DNA from: a virus
IMG/VR virus record: IMGVR_UViG_3300022895_000010
Strand: one strand, 5' to 3'
Length of the DNA stretch: 64,000 nt
Of the stretch, positions 38,501 through 48,431 are shown piece by piece (position 1 is the stretch's first letter; every line of letters begins with the position of its first letter). The notes below the pieces were generated by a model. The model was not told the DNA's origin, made no database searches, and saw only the letters and a program-made list of their open reading frames with translations. A program made the position numbers and the translations under genes.

Positions 38501-41469
38501 TTAAAACTAATGCTGACATGGTTAAAACATTAGTAAATCCTGCTAATGGTTGGACTGCTACTGTTGAAATTGATGAAACTCAGGAAAATGTAACTACCTT
38601 ATATATGTATCATACTGTTAATAAAGGATGGTTTGTAATCGCTAAAGGCGGTGGAGGTTCTGCAGGTGGTGGATTTGAAGTAACAACTACTGGTAAACCA
38701 CCAACTAACCAAAAATTATTATGGATTGATGCTATTGATCCAGATAAAGTTTACTTTAAATATCATAATGGTACTGAATGGAGACTGATTACTACTAAAA
38801 TTGCTTCAACTGATGTTAGTGGTCAATTTCCTGCTTCTAAGATTGATGAAGGTGAAGATAGAAAGTTCATTAGTACCACTCAGAAAGATATTTTAACTAA
38901 CTTTACAGATGAGAATGGTGTTCTTAACTATCGTGGTGTTCCTTTTGCTACTTTAGATGGAGCAGTTAAATTAGTAATAGATGATTCTGAACCTAAGACT
39001 GATAGATCATATTCTTCTAACAAAGTAGTTAAATTATTAGAGACTAAGCAGGATAAGATATCATTTACTCCTGAAAACTCTGCTAATAAGAATAAGCCAG
39101 GTGGTTATGTAGGTTTAGATGCATTTGGTAAGATTCCTAAGAGTTCTTATGAAGTTATTATTCCTCCATTAGATGAAAATATTAAACGTTCATTTAAAGT
39201 TACCAATGAGGAAGAAAGATTAGCTTTAACAGGACTTAGAGAATATGACAGATGTTATGAATATGCTACTGGTAAAGAGTATGTTTATATGAATAGTAAA
39301 TGGAGTATTTTAATGGATGTGTCATTCCTTAAAACTCCTAAGAATAACTTTACTGCTGTTTCTCCACCTATGGCTACTGATGATATTGACTTAGGTTATA
39401 GTGTTGGTAGTGTATGGATGAATATGAATAATGGTAAAGTTTACATCTGTGTAAACAATGAGAAAGGTAAAGCTCTATGGCAATTAATTGCTGGTGGTGA
39501 TACTTTCGTAAATATTGGTGCAATTGTACCATTTAAATATGAATCTGGTCTTAGACCTGAAAATACAAAAGATTTCCAGCTTCCTGATGCATATGATGGT
39601 ACTAAAGAGGACTATGTTGAGGTTTCTGTTGATGGTATCGAGAAGTTACAAGGTAAAGATTATGAAATTATTGAAGAACCTGTAGGAACGTTTATTATTA
39701 GATTTACTAATGATATAACTCCTGAACAAACGGTATTTGGTGAAGTCTATAAATATGATGCTAGTGGTATTAATAAAGACATCATGCTTAAATCAGAATA
39801 TGATTTAAATAGTGATGGTAAAATTAACCAAGCAGATATGGCAGACTATACTAAAATGCTTAGAACATTTGAAACTCAGAAACCATATAAAGTGAATGAA
39901 GTTATTTTATATAATGGAATTATATACTATTCTAATTCTAATTTTGAATCAGGTGTTGCTTGGGATGCTTCTAAATGGAATATTCTTTCAGCTAAACCAA
40001 TCGATCTAAAAGATTTCACTACTAATAATTTAGCAGAAGCATATAATAAACGTTATATGACTGATAAAGAAAAGAGTGATGTTGCAACTATTACTTCAAT
40101 GACAACAAATATTGAAAATAATAAGACTGAAATTACTGGCATCAAGACTGATATCACTAAGACTAAGAATGAAAATAATATTAGATTCTCTTCAATTGAA
40201 TCTAAATTACCTAAAGAGTCTTCAAGTACAGACCAATTGGTAACTAATTCTAAGTTTAAAGAGACTCTTGATGCATTAACTATCAGAGCTTTAGCTGATG
40301 TTGATGATAATTTCATTGCTAATTCTTATTTAAGAGTATCTGCTGATGGTAAAAGAGTAGAATATGCATTTAAACCAGTATTCCCTATTAAGAAGATTAC
40401 TGATACACGAGGAAAACCATTTGATGATGTTACTGAACTAGAGTTCAAAGGATTTGCAGGAGACATATTTGATCCAGAAACAGGTAAGTTAACTCTTAAA
40501 CCTGAACTATTAAGTACTGACTTTGCGGATTTCCCTAAAGAACATGATCATGGTAAGATCCTTATTAGTAATGGTATTAACAAAGAGTACGAGTTAGTTA
40601 ATGCTGAAGCTCTTACATTAAGTAAAGAGAACTACTATATTACTATTTCTGCTTCATCATGGGTTGAAGATTCTGATGGCACTTACTATTATGATATTGA
40701 CCATCCATTAGAAAGCATGGCATTGATTATTCAATGTGTAGATACTAATAATGAATTGGATTCTAATATCAAGTATAAAATCTTTAGTAATACTAAAGTA
40801 AGGGTTCGAAGTGTTTCTAGAAAGTTCTTACGAGTTACTATTAACTGTTCATTAGGTGTTACGAATGGATATTGGTCTCATGCATTTGATGTTAATAAGA
40901 TTCAGATTGTTGATGATACAAGACCTCGTGTAGACAAGGCTTATTCATCACAGTACTTAGAAACTAAAATGCAAGGATTTGCTAACAGAGAAGAACATTA
41001 TACTAAAGAGGAATCTAATATTAAATATGCGGTCAAGTCCTTAGAGCATGATCATGCTAACAAAAGAATTCTCGATAAATTTAATGAGGATTTAAACGGT
41101 GATGTGTTCTATGGTGGTCGAAAACTTCTTACTGATATTAAAGCTAAATCATTTAGTGATGCTAAATTAGGACAAATCAGTACTTCTTTAGCTAAGATAT
41201 TCGATATCGAAAACTATATGAATTTATCTCAAATAACAGCATTGTCTGCTTCTGAGGTGTTAATTAGAAACACTAATATTCCTTCAGGAAATGCAGTATC
41301 AGATGCTAATAAGAAGATTCGTATCAGAATAATGGATGGACAGATTACTATGATTGATGGTTACTTGATGCCTGCTGAAGTACAAAAGTATCAATTAGGT
41401 ATCAGTAAATCAACAACTGTCTATATTCATGGTAACTTTGATGCTAGTATGACAATTACAGGATTTTAA
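35569..41469 (+). CDS. long tail fibre / adsorption protein (1966 aa) with carbohydrate-binding modules
   Basis: Discoidin-like N-terminus, three F.F.GT.+R+I beta-sandwich repeats, fibre motifs (GYVGLDAFGKIP, P..TDD...GYSVGS.W). Confidence 0.7.
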   Translation: MRLLPLSKEYVNGRDVFYKNISLYKPVTVKEPLETASFEDNFYYSHQFLTDGVIKTEGIAKRNGVLSKIEGKQGDPIIHSYDFNVVIDLESVHTIDDIFLNLANFEVVPIEDDFITELKGHNKSAEVYISENGIDYKLYGDCNFEAGLGVDDFLYDKFLVRTEKDEKLVGEVKARYIKVQNFELNSTLTRASLSEIAVYGTDSIGDSLIYPNMDFKRVDLEKDLNINYKGGKFAEIEDYYNNFKDTTHNDVPVNGWSWNLNRYVQGKPYSFKFTFKGTKFRLIGGNSVKANTKVRVVIDGKLVDTFNPSESHNTSLYKDAKVAYMSDIRPFTLLYGKELEKGEHEVEVLLEYLGTEPAEGDDSSFFFLQAIDVDLNAEIIPNKVFVGDELQRPQVNWNGFTKDDTSIKYVGQWKTTSILSTEVKTSKGLANTLDFRFTGTSIRIIGARNASGSSDIDVFIDGKPYKMSCYSETEDINTLLLDVKVPELPTNDPITLPIHTLKIVNNNDNSLYFLGVHTEGVDSSIYLDTNLQVGDVSLRPDYGYKRFYSDNKKVSYIGNWTEVPSNIDPNHSNMVLGDGETLGTIKFKFYGTKLRIIANRLTNGADNVKISIDNSLTEEFTTMHNVSQQRVIVYENTALSKAVHIVAIEVTKTPFIIEAIDVDSVDLIEGDHNLFDYVITPQLASTDHNLRVKSTLDYTIPASKPSTGNELFKLNITPSSLYREGINFETSKDFPHVKRFTGGKHVYFRIVHSGTANKTQGYTETIIHNKLDNLSGALVDIPKDKYSIQIVTMSLSGEIYIVMGQEKVFDSLQEAQDAVANYEPYLFGLEYFTLPIGTLIVRSSGSALNWLNVMEVPPKILAKYNIRAGSSSGSGGAAIDETLDDYYNKQEMQGLLSGKADLVHNHNNLYYTKSEVQSMIENVSIDFLSAEQVVETNTRKFLNATQIDALSGIKDNVQTKINEFTQKFSESMFYKGKFKTNADMVKTLVNPANGWTATVEIDETQENVTTLYMYHTVNKGWFVIAKGGGGSAGGGFEVTTTGKPPTNQKLLWIDAIDPDKVYFKYHNGTEWRLITTKIASTDVSGQFPASKIDEGEDRKFISTTQKDILTNFTDENGVLNYRGVPFATLDGAVKLVIDDSEPKTDRSYSSNKVVKLLETKQDKISFTPENSANKNKPGGYVGLDAFGKIPKSSYEVIIPPLDENIKRSFKVTNEEERLALTGLREYDRCYEYATGKEYVYMNSKWSILMDVSFLKTPKNNFTAVSPPMATDDIDLGYSVGSVWMNMNNGKVYICVNNEKGKALWQLIAGGDTFVNIGAIVPFKYESGLRPENTKDFQLPDAYDGTKEDYVEVSVDGIEKLQGKDYEIIEEPVGTFIIRFTNDITPEQTVFGEVYKYDASGINKDIMLKSEYDLNSDGKINQADMADYTKMLRTFETQKPYKVNEVILYNGIIYYSNSNFESGVAWDASKWNILSAKPIDLKDFTTNNLAEAYNKRYMTDKEKSDVATITSMTTNIENNKTEITGIKTDITKTKNENNIRFSSIESKLPKESSSTDQLVTNSKFKETLDALTIRALADVDDNFIANSYLRVSADGKRVEYAFKPVFPIKKITDTRGKPFDDVTELEFKGFAGDIFDPETGKLTLKPELLSTDFADFPKEHDHGKILISNGINKEYELVNAEALTLSKENYYITISASSWVEDSDGTYYYDIDHPLESMALIIQCVDTNNELDSNIKYKIFSNTKVRVRSVSRKFLRVTINCSLGVTNGYWSHAFDVNKIQIVDDTRPRVDKAYSSQYLETKMQGFANREEHYTKEESNIKYAVKSLEHDHANKRILDKFNEDLNGDVFYGGRKLLTDIKAKSFSDAKLGQISTSLAKIFDIENYMNLSQITALSASEVLIRNTNIPSGNAVSDANKKIRIRIMDGQITMIDGYLMPAEVQKYQLGISKSTTVYIHGNFDASMTITGF

Positions 41470-41493
41470 TTAATAAATGAGGAGGTTGTTGTT

Positions 41494-43044
41494 TTGGCTA
41501 AATTATTAGGCTCATACAATATTTCTGGGAATATTTCTCAGCTTATAGAACTTCAAGATGAATATATTATAAACGGTCAAATTTATGACCGTAATAGTAT
41601 GTCAGCTAAAGGTCTTACATTTGCACCTGTGAATTCTGCTCCAGGTAATGATATTACAGTTCTTAAAACAATGAATGTCGGTTCAAAAGCATTAGGACGA
41701 TCTAATAGATCAGTCCTAATGGATGAAACCGATGGCAATGTAACATGGATATTAAACCATTCTAGGTATGCAGAAAATTCTTATTATTACACTAGATTAG
41801 TAAAAATTACTAGAAATGGTAAAGATACAAAAATAGAATATGGTAATACTTTTTCTAATGCTTCTGATAATATTATCGCTGAATTCGTAGCACAAGACGA
41901 TCAATTTGTTTATATAGCGATAAATCAAACTGCTGATTATAGTAATAGTAATGTTAATTGTATATATCGTATAAGTAAAATTAACCCAGCATCAACAACC
42001 TTTCAGAATTTTGGAAACCAAACATATAATGTTTTATTACAAGAAACTCCAACTACTCTATATTTCTTAACAAATAGAATGGGTAGCGTTAATGCATTTA
42101 CTGCATATAATAAAACAAGCAATAGTTTACCGACTATATTAACTGAAAGTGGAACGGGTTCAACATCACATTCATTTAACTCAATACCTGCAATCCTTGA
42201 TGATAAGAGTTTCTATTTAGTTAAAAATGGTTCTTTATTCGGATTAGGTAATAACTATTTCATTAAATATTATACAATTGATGTAAATACCAATACAGTT
42301 AATGCGGTAAATGTTGATGTAGATGTAAAGAATTCACCTAATGCTAAGACTCTATTAAATATTGTAGGCGGAAGTTCACTAAATAACACTAGTGAATTAA
42401 TTTATCATAAAGATGGAGATAAAGAATATATTACATGGATAAGATATTCTACAATACCTACTGGTAGTTCAGGTCAATTAGGAGTAAACCAATCATTCAT
42501 GTTAACATTTGAAAGAGTTTCTAATACTCAATTAAAATTAGTATCAGAAGAATATTTCACTGGAATGATTTGTAGAGGTATTATTACTAATAATGGTAAT
42601 AAATTTATCGTAACTAGTTTTGACAGTCAATTAATTTTCTGGACTTGGGACACAAATAATAAGCGTTTTAATCAAGTTTCTTCATTTACTGGAAATCTTA
42701 GAAACTTTGGTATTGATTTATATAATAATATTTTAGTGCAAGAAAATGATAATAGTTTATCATTATTAACAAACAGTGTTCCTTTAAATATTACTGCAAA
42801 GTATGTTAAAGACAATTATGATTATTTAGGCGCACCAATAAATTCTTCTATAAATGTATTCGCTCAAAACTTCTTAGGTCAATTCCTATCAGCTACGGTT
42901 GAATTAACAATATATGGACCTGCTAAGTTTAGCGATAACAATGCTAAGAAGATTCAAGTAACAACTACACAAAACGGTTCTATTAATATTCCAATTGTAA
43001 TTGATGATTCTGGAATTTTAAAAGTTACTGTAAGAGCACTTTAA
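41494..43044 (+). CDS. beta-propeller-like virion protein with C-terminal Ig-like domain (paralogue 1)
   Basis: Shares N-terminal +NGQ.YD and C-terminal Y.G...S.I...A.N+.G domain with next two genes. Confidence 0.6.
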   Translation: MAKLLGSYNISGNISQLIELQDEYIINGQIYDRNSMSAKGLTFAPVNSAPGNDITVLKTMNVGSKALGRSNRSVLMDETDGNVTWILNHSRYAENSYYYTRLVKITRNGKDTKIEYGNTFSNASDNIIAEFVAQDDQFVYIAINQTADYSNSNVNCIYRISKINPASTTFQNFGNQTYNVLLQETPTTLYFLTNRMGSVNAFTAYNKTSNSLPTILTESGTGSTSHSFNSIPAILDDKSFYLVKNGSLFGLGNNYFIKYYTIDVNTNTVNAVNVDVDVKNSPNAKTLLNIVGGSSLNNTSELIYHKDGDKEYITWIRYSTIPTGSSGQLGVNQSFMLTFERVSNTQLKLVSEEYFTGMICRGIITNNGNKFIVTSFDSQLIFWTWDTNNKRFNQVSSFTGNLRNFGIDLYNNILVQENDNSLSLLTNSVPLNITAKYVKDNYDYLGAPINSSINVFAQNFLGQFLSATVELTIYGPAKFSDNNAKKIQVTTTQNGSINIPIVIDDSGILKVTVRAL

Positions 43045-43057
43045 GGAGGTAAAATAA

Positions 43058-44701
43058 ATGGTTAAATTATTAGATAAAATAATGCCAGGAACAACAATGG
43101 CTCAATTGATTGAATTAGGTCAAGGTTTTCTAGTAAATGGACAGTATTATGATAAAAATACAATGTCTCCAATTCCTTTTAAGACTATTTCATCTGAATC
43201 AACATATCATAAACCATATACACGTCAATCTATTATAACACGTTATATAGGTTCGACATATTCAAACCAACCATATCAAAACTTTAATGATATGACTGAT
43301 ACACTTATCATTGATAGTAATGATCCAAATACAAGCTATAAAATGGTACGAAGTCAGGATATGCAACCAAATGATTATAGTAGTTCTGTTACGGCAAGAT
43401 TTGAGAGAATTATTAAATGTACTGTAATTGGTAATGATGTTCAACTTAAAGAAAACTATTGCTACACACAAATAGCTGGTGAAGCTCAAGGTGCCACTGA
43501 TACTTATTTAGGTCAAGATGAATATTTTTTATATTTTGCATCTAGTGGTAATAGAGGAACAACATCTTATTCGTCTTCTTCATTTATTTATAGAATCAAT
43601 AAAGAGACACTAGGATTTGGTCTTCTTTATAACAGAGCAAATATATCATATTCAGGCACTTTTTCTAAAATATTTGAGACTCCTCAATTTATTTATTTCT
43701 TTAGATTTGGTACTTATTATGCTATGTCATATGTTGAAAAACTTGATAAGAGTACAGGTAGTGTTACAAGTGTTGCAACTTTAAATTCAAATCAACCAGT
43801 TCTAAATACAATGAATTATGCTAAAGGTCATGTTAGAGATGGGGAAAAGTATGTAACATATTTCTTTGATTTTAAAAATACAACTCCAACAGATCCTGAT
43901 AATTGTGTTATTAGAATGGTTACAGTAAATCCAAGTGCTCCTACATTATCTGAAGAAGTTTCTTATAAAAATGCAGTAATTGATTGGGGTACTTCAGGTA
44001 TAACAAAAATTAATCCTTTATCTTATGGTAATACTATAGTTCAAAATAATAGAACATACGATGCTCAAATTATTACTATTGAAGGTATAAAATACTTAAA
44101 TATTGCAGTTTATTATAGAAACTCTGATACGTTAAGTACTAAATATCAAGGACTTTATACTTTTAAAATTGAACCTGATTTCAGTTTAAAATTTATTAAG
44201 TTCATAAACTTCTCAAGTTCTGATACACGAGGAATCATGTATAGTAAAGATAAGAAAATGATAGTTGCTGGAACTGAAAATACTATTGTGTTCCTTAACT
44301 TTAACGTAGTATCAGGTTCTTATGAAAAGACTGATGAAATTCCTTTGACTAATAAAGGTATGGGATTAGATTCAAATGATAATTTATGGGTTACTGACCT
44401 TAGTAATAATCTTCACTTCTTTACACCTGATATCCCTACATTCGTTGGTGTTGAATTTGAGAATAAAACATTAAAGTATGAAGGAACTGATTTAGATAGC
44501 AATATCATTGTAGATGCATCAAACTATAATGGCGCTAGAGTTGAAATTACTCTTGATCTTTCACTAAAAGGACCAGTTGTATTTAAAGACAATAGTTCTA
44601 AAACAATTACTGTAACTACAGGAAAAACTGATAAAATCAAAATACCTATTAAGATTAAAGGTTCTGGTAGTGTCAGCGTTTATCCTAAATTAGTATTATA
44701 A
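43058..44701 (+). CDS. beta-propeller-like virion protein (paralogue 2)
   Basis: As above. Confidence 0.6.
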   Translation: MVKLLDKIMPGTTMAQLIELGQGFLVNGQYYDKNTMSPIPFKTISSESTYHKPYTRQSIITRYIGSTYSNQPYQNFNDMTDTLIIDSNDPNTSYKMVRSQDMQPNDYSSSVTARFERIIKCTVIGNDVQLKENYCYTQIAGEAQGATDTYLGQDEYFLYFASSGNRGTTSYSSSSFIYRINKETLGFGLLYNRANISYSGTFSKIFETPQFIYFFRFGTYYAMSYVEKLDKSTGSVTSVATLNSNQPVLNTMNYAKGHVRDGEKYVTYFFDFKNTTPTDPDNCVIRMVTVNPSAPTLSEEVSYKNAVIDWGTSGITKINPLSYGNTIVQNNRTYDAQIITIEGIKYLNIAVYYRNSDTLSTKYQGLYTFKIEPDFSLKFIKFINFSSSDTRGIMYSKDKKMIVAGTENTIVFLNFNVVSGSYEKTDEIPLTNKGMGLDSNDNLWVTDLSNNLHFFTPDIPTFVGVEFENKTLKYEGTDLDSNIIVDASNYNGARVEITLDLSLKGPVVFKDNSSKTITVTTGKTDKIKIPIKIKGSGSVSVYPKLVL

Positions 44702-44709
44702 TTATAAAT

Positions 44710-44741
44710 TCTGTAGTGTTATATTTATATAGCACTACAGA
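44710..44741 (+). terminator. hairpin
   Basis: TCTGTAGTGTTATA / TATAGCACTACAGA. Confidence 0.6.
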
Positions 44742-44768
44742 TTATTTTATATGATAGGAGGATTTATT

Positions 44769-46484
44769 ATGATTAATATTAGTAAGTCTACATTTAGTAA
44801 TAATTTTAAACAATTCTTTGAAACCAAATATGGTTATGTGATCCATAATAGATATTATGATAAAAACTTTAATTTTGTATGTGAAATTGAGAATTTACCT
44901 TATATACCAGCCCCATACCAATCAGGTATAAATTCAATCCCTTTAGCATTTACTAGATGGAATGATGGACGTATAGGTGGATTTCATAATTCATTAGGGA
45001 AAAATAATTATGTGCAAGATAAAAATGATAAAAATATTTTTTATTATGCTACTACTATTTATTATAATGAAGGTTCATATGATGGTTGGATGAATTATAT
45101 GGCAGTATATAAATTTTATGAATCTGAAACTGAATTCAAGTATCTAGATTATACAGGTTTGATGAGTGACGCATACTATCTTTATTCACCACAGGAGATT
45201 TTTTATCAAGATGATAAATATATCTATGTAACTGTATATTCCAATTATTGGGATACTAACTATAATAGACCATCAATTACTGCACATAATATGAAAATTG
45301 TTAGATATGATAAAATTAATTTTAACAATAATAATGGTCGTACTGTTATGTATGATAGCGGTGCTGACAGTACCGGTGGAGTGATGAAAAAAGTATTTGA
45401 AGATGATAAAAGAATAATTTTAATTGCAAAATCAACTTATCATATCCAAAACGTAAGAATATTCGAGTTCAATAAGACATCAGGTTCAGTAACTTATACA
45501 GATAGATCGACAAATACTACTACGTATGGAGAAACTAGAATCTGTATATACCGAGATGTTATCTATAGTAAAGAAAATAATACATTAAAAATATATGTAT
45601 TACATGAAGAAGGAATAAATAGTACAACTGCATTTACTACAAAATTAGGAGTTATTACTTACAGTCTAGAGGCAAAGTCTACATCTTATAAAACTATAGA
45701 TATTGATTCAAATGGAATTAAAGTACCAAAATATCCGCAAATAGCAGGTAGTACTTCGACTACAAGTTGGTTTACTAATAGATGTGTTTATGACTTCTTC
45801 CTAACTAAAGCTAATAATGGGGAGGATATTATAAATATAGCAATGTATAATGTTAATTTAATTAATTATACTAATTTAATATATGGTTCAAGTGGTACTA
45901 CCGATGCGTTTGGTATTTATAGTTTTAAACAAGATTCAGAAAATCCTGATCTTATTAAACTAACTAATCGAGTTATTTATAACCTCCCTAGTGCGGCTCA
46001 AGTAATGGGCATCTTAGTTTCAGAGGATAGAAAGAAATGTATAACAGCTTCAAAAGATGGCGTTGTAGAGTACTTCATATTTGATGAAGAAAAACAAGGT
46101 TTTAAATCATTAAAAACAATACAAGGTAAGAAAAAATCAGTAACATTTGAAGAATCTACTAATCGTTTATTCTTTATAAATGAAAATGATGAGATAGAAT
46201 ACCTAGCATTAAATAATTCAGCAGATATCAATATCAAGTTCGAAAAGAGAGAAGTTAATTACTCTGGTGAAGAAGTTAGTAATAAACTTTTAATTGAAAG
46301 CAAAAACTTTGTTAATGAATTAGTATCATCTAAAATAGAAATAATTCTTAAAGGTAATGCTAAATTTACTGAGAATGGTACTAAAACTATTACAGTAGAT
46401 ACAATTACTACTGGTACTACTGAAGTTCCCATTACTGTAACTGGTTATGGTAAAATTGACCTCGAAATGTTTTTAATTGAATAG
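44769..46484 (+). CDS. beta-propeller-like virion protein (paralogue 3)
   Basis: As above; start after AGGAGG RBS. Confidence 0.6.
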   Translation: MINISKSTFSNNFKQFFETKYGYVIHNRYYDKNFNFVCEIENLPYIPAPYQSGINSIPLAFTRWNDGRIGGFHNSLGKNNYVQDKNDKNIFYYATTIYYNEGSYDGWMNYMAVYKFYESETEFKYLDYTGLMSDAYYLYSPQEIFYQDDKYIYVTVYSNYWDTNYNRPSITAHNMKIVRYDKINFNNNNGRTVMYDSGADSTGGVMKKVFEDDKRIILIAKSTYHIQNVRIFEFNKTSGSVTYTDRSTNTTTYGETRICIYRDVIYSKENNTLKIYVLHEEGINSTTAFTTKLGVITYSLEAKSTSYKTIDIDSNGIKVPKYPQIAGSTSTTSWFTNRCVYDFFLTKANNGEDIINIAMYNVNLINYTNLIYGSSGTTDAFGIYSFKQDSENPDLIKLTNRVIYNLPSAAQVMGILVSEDRKKCITASKDGVVEYFIFDEEKQGFKSLKTIQGKKKSVTFEESTNRLFFINENDEIEYLALNNSADINIKFEKREVNYSGEEVSNKLLIESKNFVNELVSSKIEIILKGNAKFTENGTKTITVDTITTGTTEVPITVTGYGKIDLEMFLIE

Positions 46485-46497
46485 GAGGTGTTCATAA

Positions 46498-47463
46498 ATG
46501 AATTTTGGTACAGCATTAGTTGAAAATAAATCGGATTTAAAGAGTCCTTTGAAAATTGAAACTAATATGTCTATGTCAATTAATAAAGTTCCTCTGAATC
46601 CTAGAATGAATATAGTTGTGAAACCAGACCAAATGGATGTTTCCCTAACTGAAAATGGTACTAAAATTTCAATGGACTCGTCTTCAGGAATTATAGTTGT
46701 TGGTGAAAAATTTCAAACTAAAAGAACCTTTCTAGGTACTAAAGATTTTAATGTAGTCAATGCTACAAATAAAAAGAAAATTCCTTTATTAAATAGTTAT
46801 TTTATTTCTACTTCAAAAGATCCTAGTTTTATTGAAGTAGGTCTTAAAAAAGCATTTAAAGAAAGCTATAATAAAAAGATTAAAAAATTTCCTACTGAAA
46901 GTATTTCTATGGTTTATGAGCAACCTAAACTTGGTTTATACAATACTAAAAGGGAATTTAGTTCTCAAGCAATGGTTACTAATAAAAATAGTACATTCTT
47001 AGATATGATTAAAACTAAAGCTTTAAGAGTTGTAGATTTAAAAGCTTCTGAGTTTGAAGTTAAATCTGATAAAGATAATGCTGTATTTATTGGAGACACT
47101 GAAAATATATTAGTATTGGGACGTTCTTTACTTGAAAGTGTAACTCAATATAAAGGTGATTTTATGTTTGTAGATGGTTTCAAAGAAGTAAATACTTCTG
47201 GAACTACTGGCGAAGGTGGATTACAAAATCTTGAATTTGTCTTACAACCTCAATCATTTATTAGTATTAATATGGACTTTGGTGAAGGTAAGAAAATAAA
47301 AGAAGTAGTAGGTTTACCAAATGCTATGAACTATTTTAAAGAGGAAAACAAGATTAAAGGTACTCCTTTATTCTCAGGCAAATATACATTTATTATCAGG
47401 TTTGAAAGTGGAGATGAAATGATCGGAAAAATCGAAGTACCTCCATTACAACGTAATCTATAA
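46498..47463 (+). CDS. hypothetical structural protein, C-terminal Ig-like (GLP...IKGTP..SGKY)
   Basis: ORF with AGGAGG RBS. Confidence 0.6.
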   Translation: MNFGTALVENKSDLKSPLKIETNMSMSINKVPLNPRMNIVVKPDQMDVSLTENGTKISMDSSSGIIVVGEKFQTKRTFLGTKDFNVVNATNKKKIPLLNSYFISTSKDPSFIEVGLKKAFKESYNKKIKKFPTESISMVYEQPKLGLYNTKREFSSQAMVTNKNSTFLDMIKTKALRVVDLKASEFEVKSDKDNAVFIGDTENILVLGRSLLESVTQYKGDFMFVDGFKEVNTSGTTGEGGLQNLEFVLQPQSFISINMDFGEGKKIKEVVGLPNAMNYFKEENKIKGTPLFSGKYTFIIRFESGDEMIGKIEVPPLQRNL

Positions 47464-47469
47464 AAGTGG

Positions 47470-47497
47470 AAAGTCATATACAATGTATATGACTTTT
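47470..47497 (+). terminator. intrinsic terminator
   Basis: AAAGTCATATAC / GTATATGACTTT. Confidence 0.6.
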
Positions 47498-47529
47498 CAT
47501 ATTATAATTTTTTAATACAATAATATTTC

Positions 47530-47541
47530 AACAAATAATTA
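47530..47541 (+). promoter_or_regulatory. late-type promoter AACA-N6-TA
   Basis: AACAAATAATTA. Confidence 0.55.
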
Positions 47542-47557
47542 AAAATACTACTATAAT

Positions 47558-48013
47558 GTGGGAGGTGTTTTCTGCTATAAGAAGTCTGTAATCTTCATAT
47601 GGCAGTTGAATAAAATGAAATTAAGACTAGTTTCTAAAATCTTACGTATCAATTTGTGGGGAACACTACTTTTCTTGTTAAACTTCACGATTACCTTACA
47701 TATAATATTCAAAGAACAAGATGGGTTAACAGGGTCAAACTTTGAGAAAATGATTAGTGACTTTGGAATGGTTACATTTATTTCATCTGTAATACTTGTA
47801 CTTTCAATATGTCAATTTGTAGGCATGCTTAGACATGGTAACTTATTTGAAGTCTACGTAATCTATCCATTACTTATTTTCTCATGGACATTCTTAGTTA
47901 CAACTTTAATATTTGCTTATCATACTGTAGATATTAATACTTATCTATATGGTCTGTTACCGTTTTTACATTTCTATCAACTTAAAAAGATTTATAATGG
48001 GGAGGTGAGCTAA
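47558..48013 (+). CDS. multi-pass membrane protein (holin/antiholin candidate)
   Basis: 3-4 hydrophobic segments; start uncertain. Confidence 0.55.
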   Translation: MGGVFCYKKSVIFIWQLNKMKLRLVSKILRINLWGTLLFLLNFTITLHIIFKEQDGLTGSNFEKMISDFGMVTFISSVILVLSICQFVGMLRHGNLFEVYVIYPLLIFSWTFLVTTLIFAYHTVDINTYLYGLLPFLHFYQLKKIYNGEVS

Positions 48014-48014
48014 A

Positions 48015-48368
48015 GTGTTAGATAAAGTTTCAGAATTCGTTATACCAGCAGTTTCAGCAGGGGTAACAGCACTATTAACATTTGTAGCTACTCGTAAGAA
48101 AGATAAAGGTGATATTCAAAAATTTTATGTAGACAAGGTAGAAGAATTAATTGAACGACAAGAAGCCGAAATAAAAAGTCTTACAGGTAAGGTTGATTCT
48201 TTAACTGAAGAAAACAATACTCTTAAAAAATTGCTAATGGATTTAAAAGAGGATAATGTTGATTTAAAGAATATTAACAAGGAACTTATTAGTGAAATCA
48301 CTAAATTGAAACGAATTCTGATTGAAAATGGTCTTAAACCATCTACAAATACTGTGAATAAGGGATAA
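48015..48368 (+). CDS. holin-like protein: N-terminal TM plus coiled coil
   Basis: VIPAVSAGVTALLTFVA followed by RKK and heptad repeats. Confidence 0.55.
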   Translation: MLDKVSEFVIPAVSAGVTALLTFVATRKKDKGDIQKFYVDKVEELIERQEAEIKSLTGKVDSLTEENNTLKKLLMDLKEDNVDLKNINKELISEITKLKRILIENGLKPSTNTVNKG

Positions 48369-48393
48369 TTTTTTAATTATCTCTTATTCACAA

Positions 48394-48405
48394 AACAATT
48401 CTATA
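48394..48405 (+). promoter_or_regulatory. late-type promoter AACA-N6-TA
   Basis: AACAATTCTATA. Confidence 0.6.
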
Positions 48406-48431
48406 ATAGTTAAATGAAGGGAGTGCTACTA

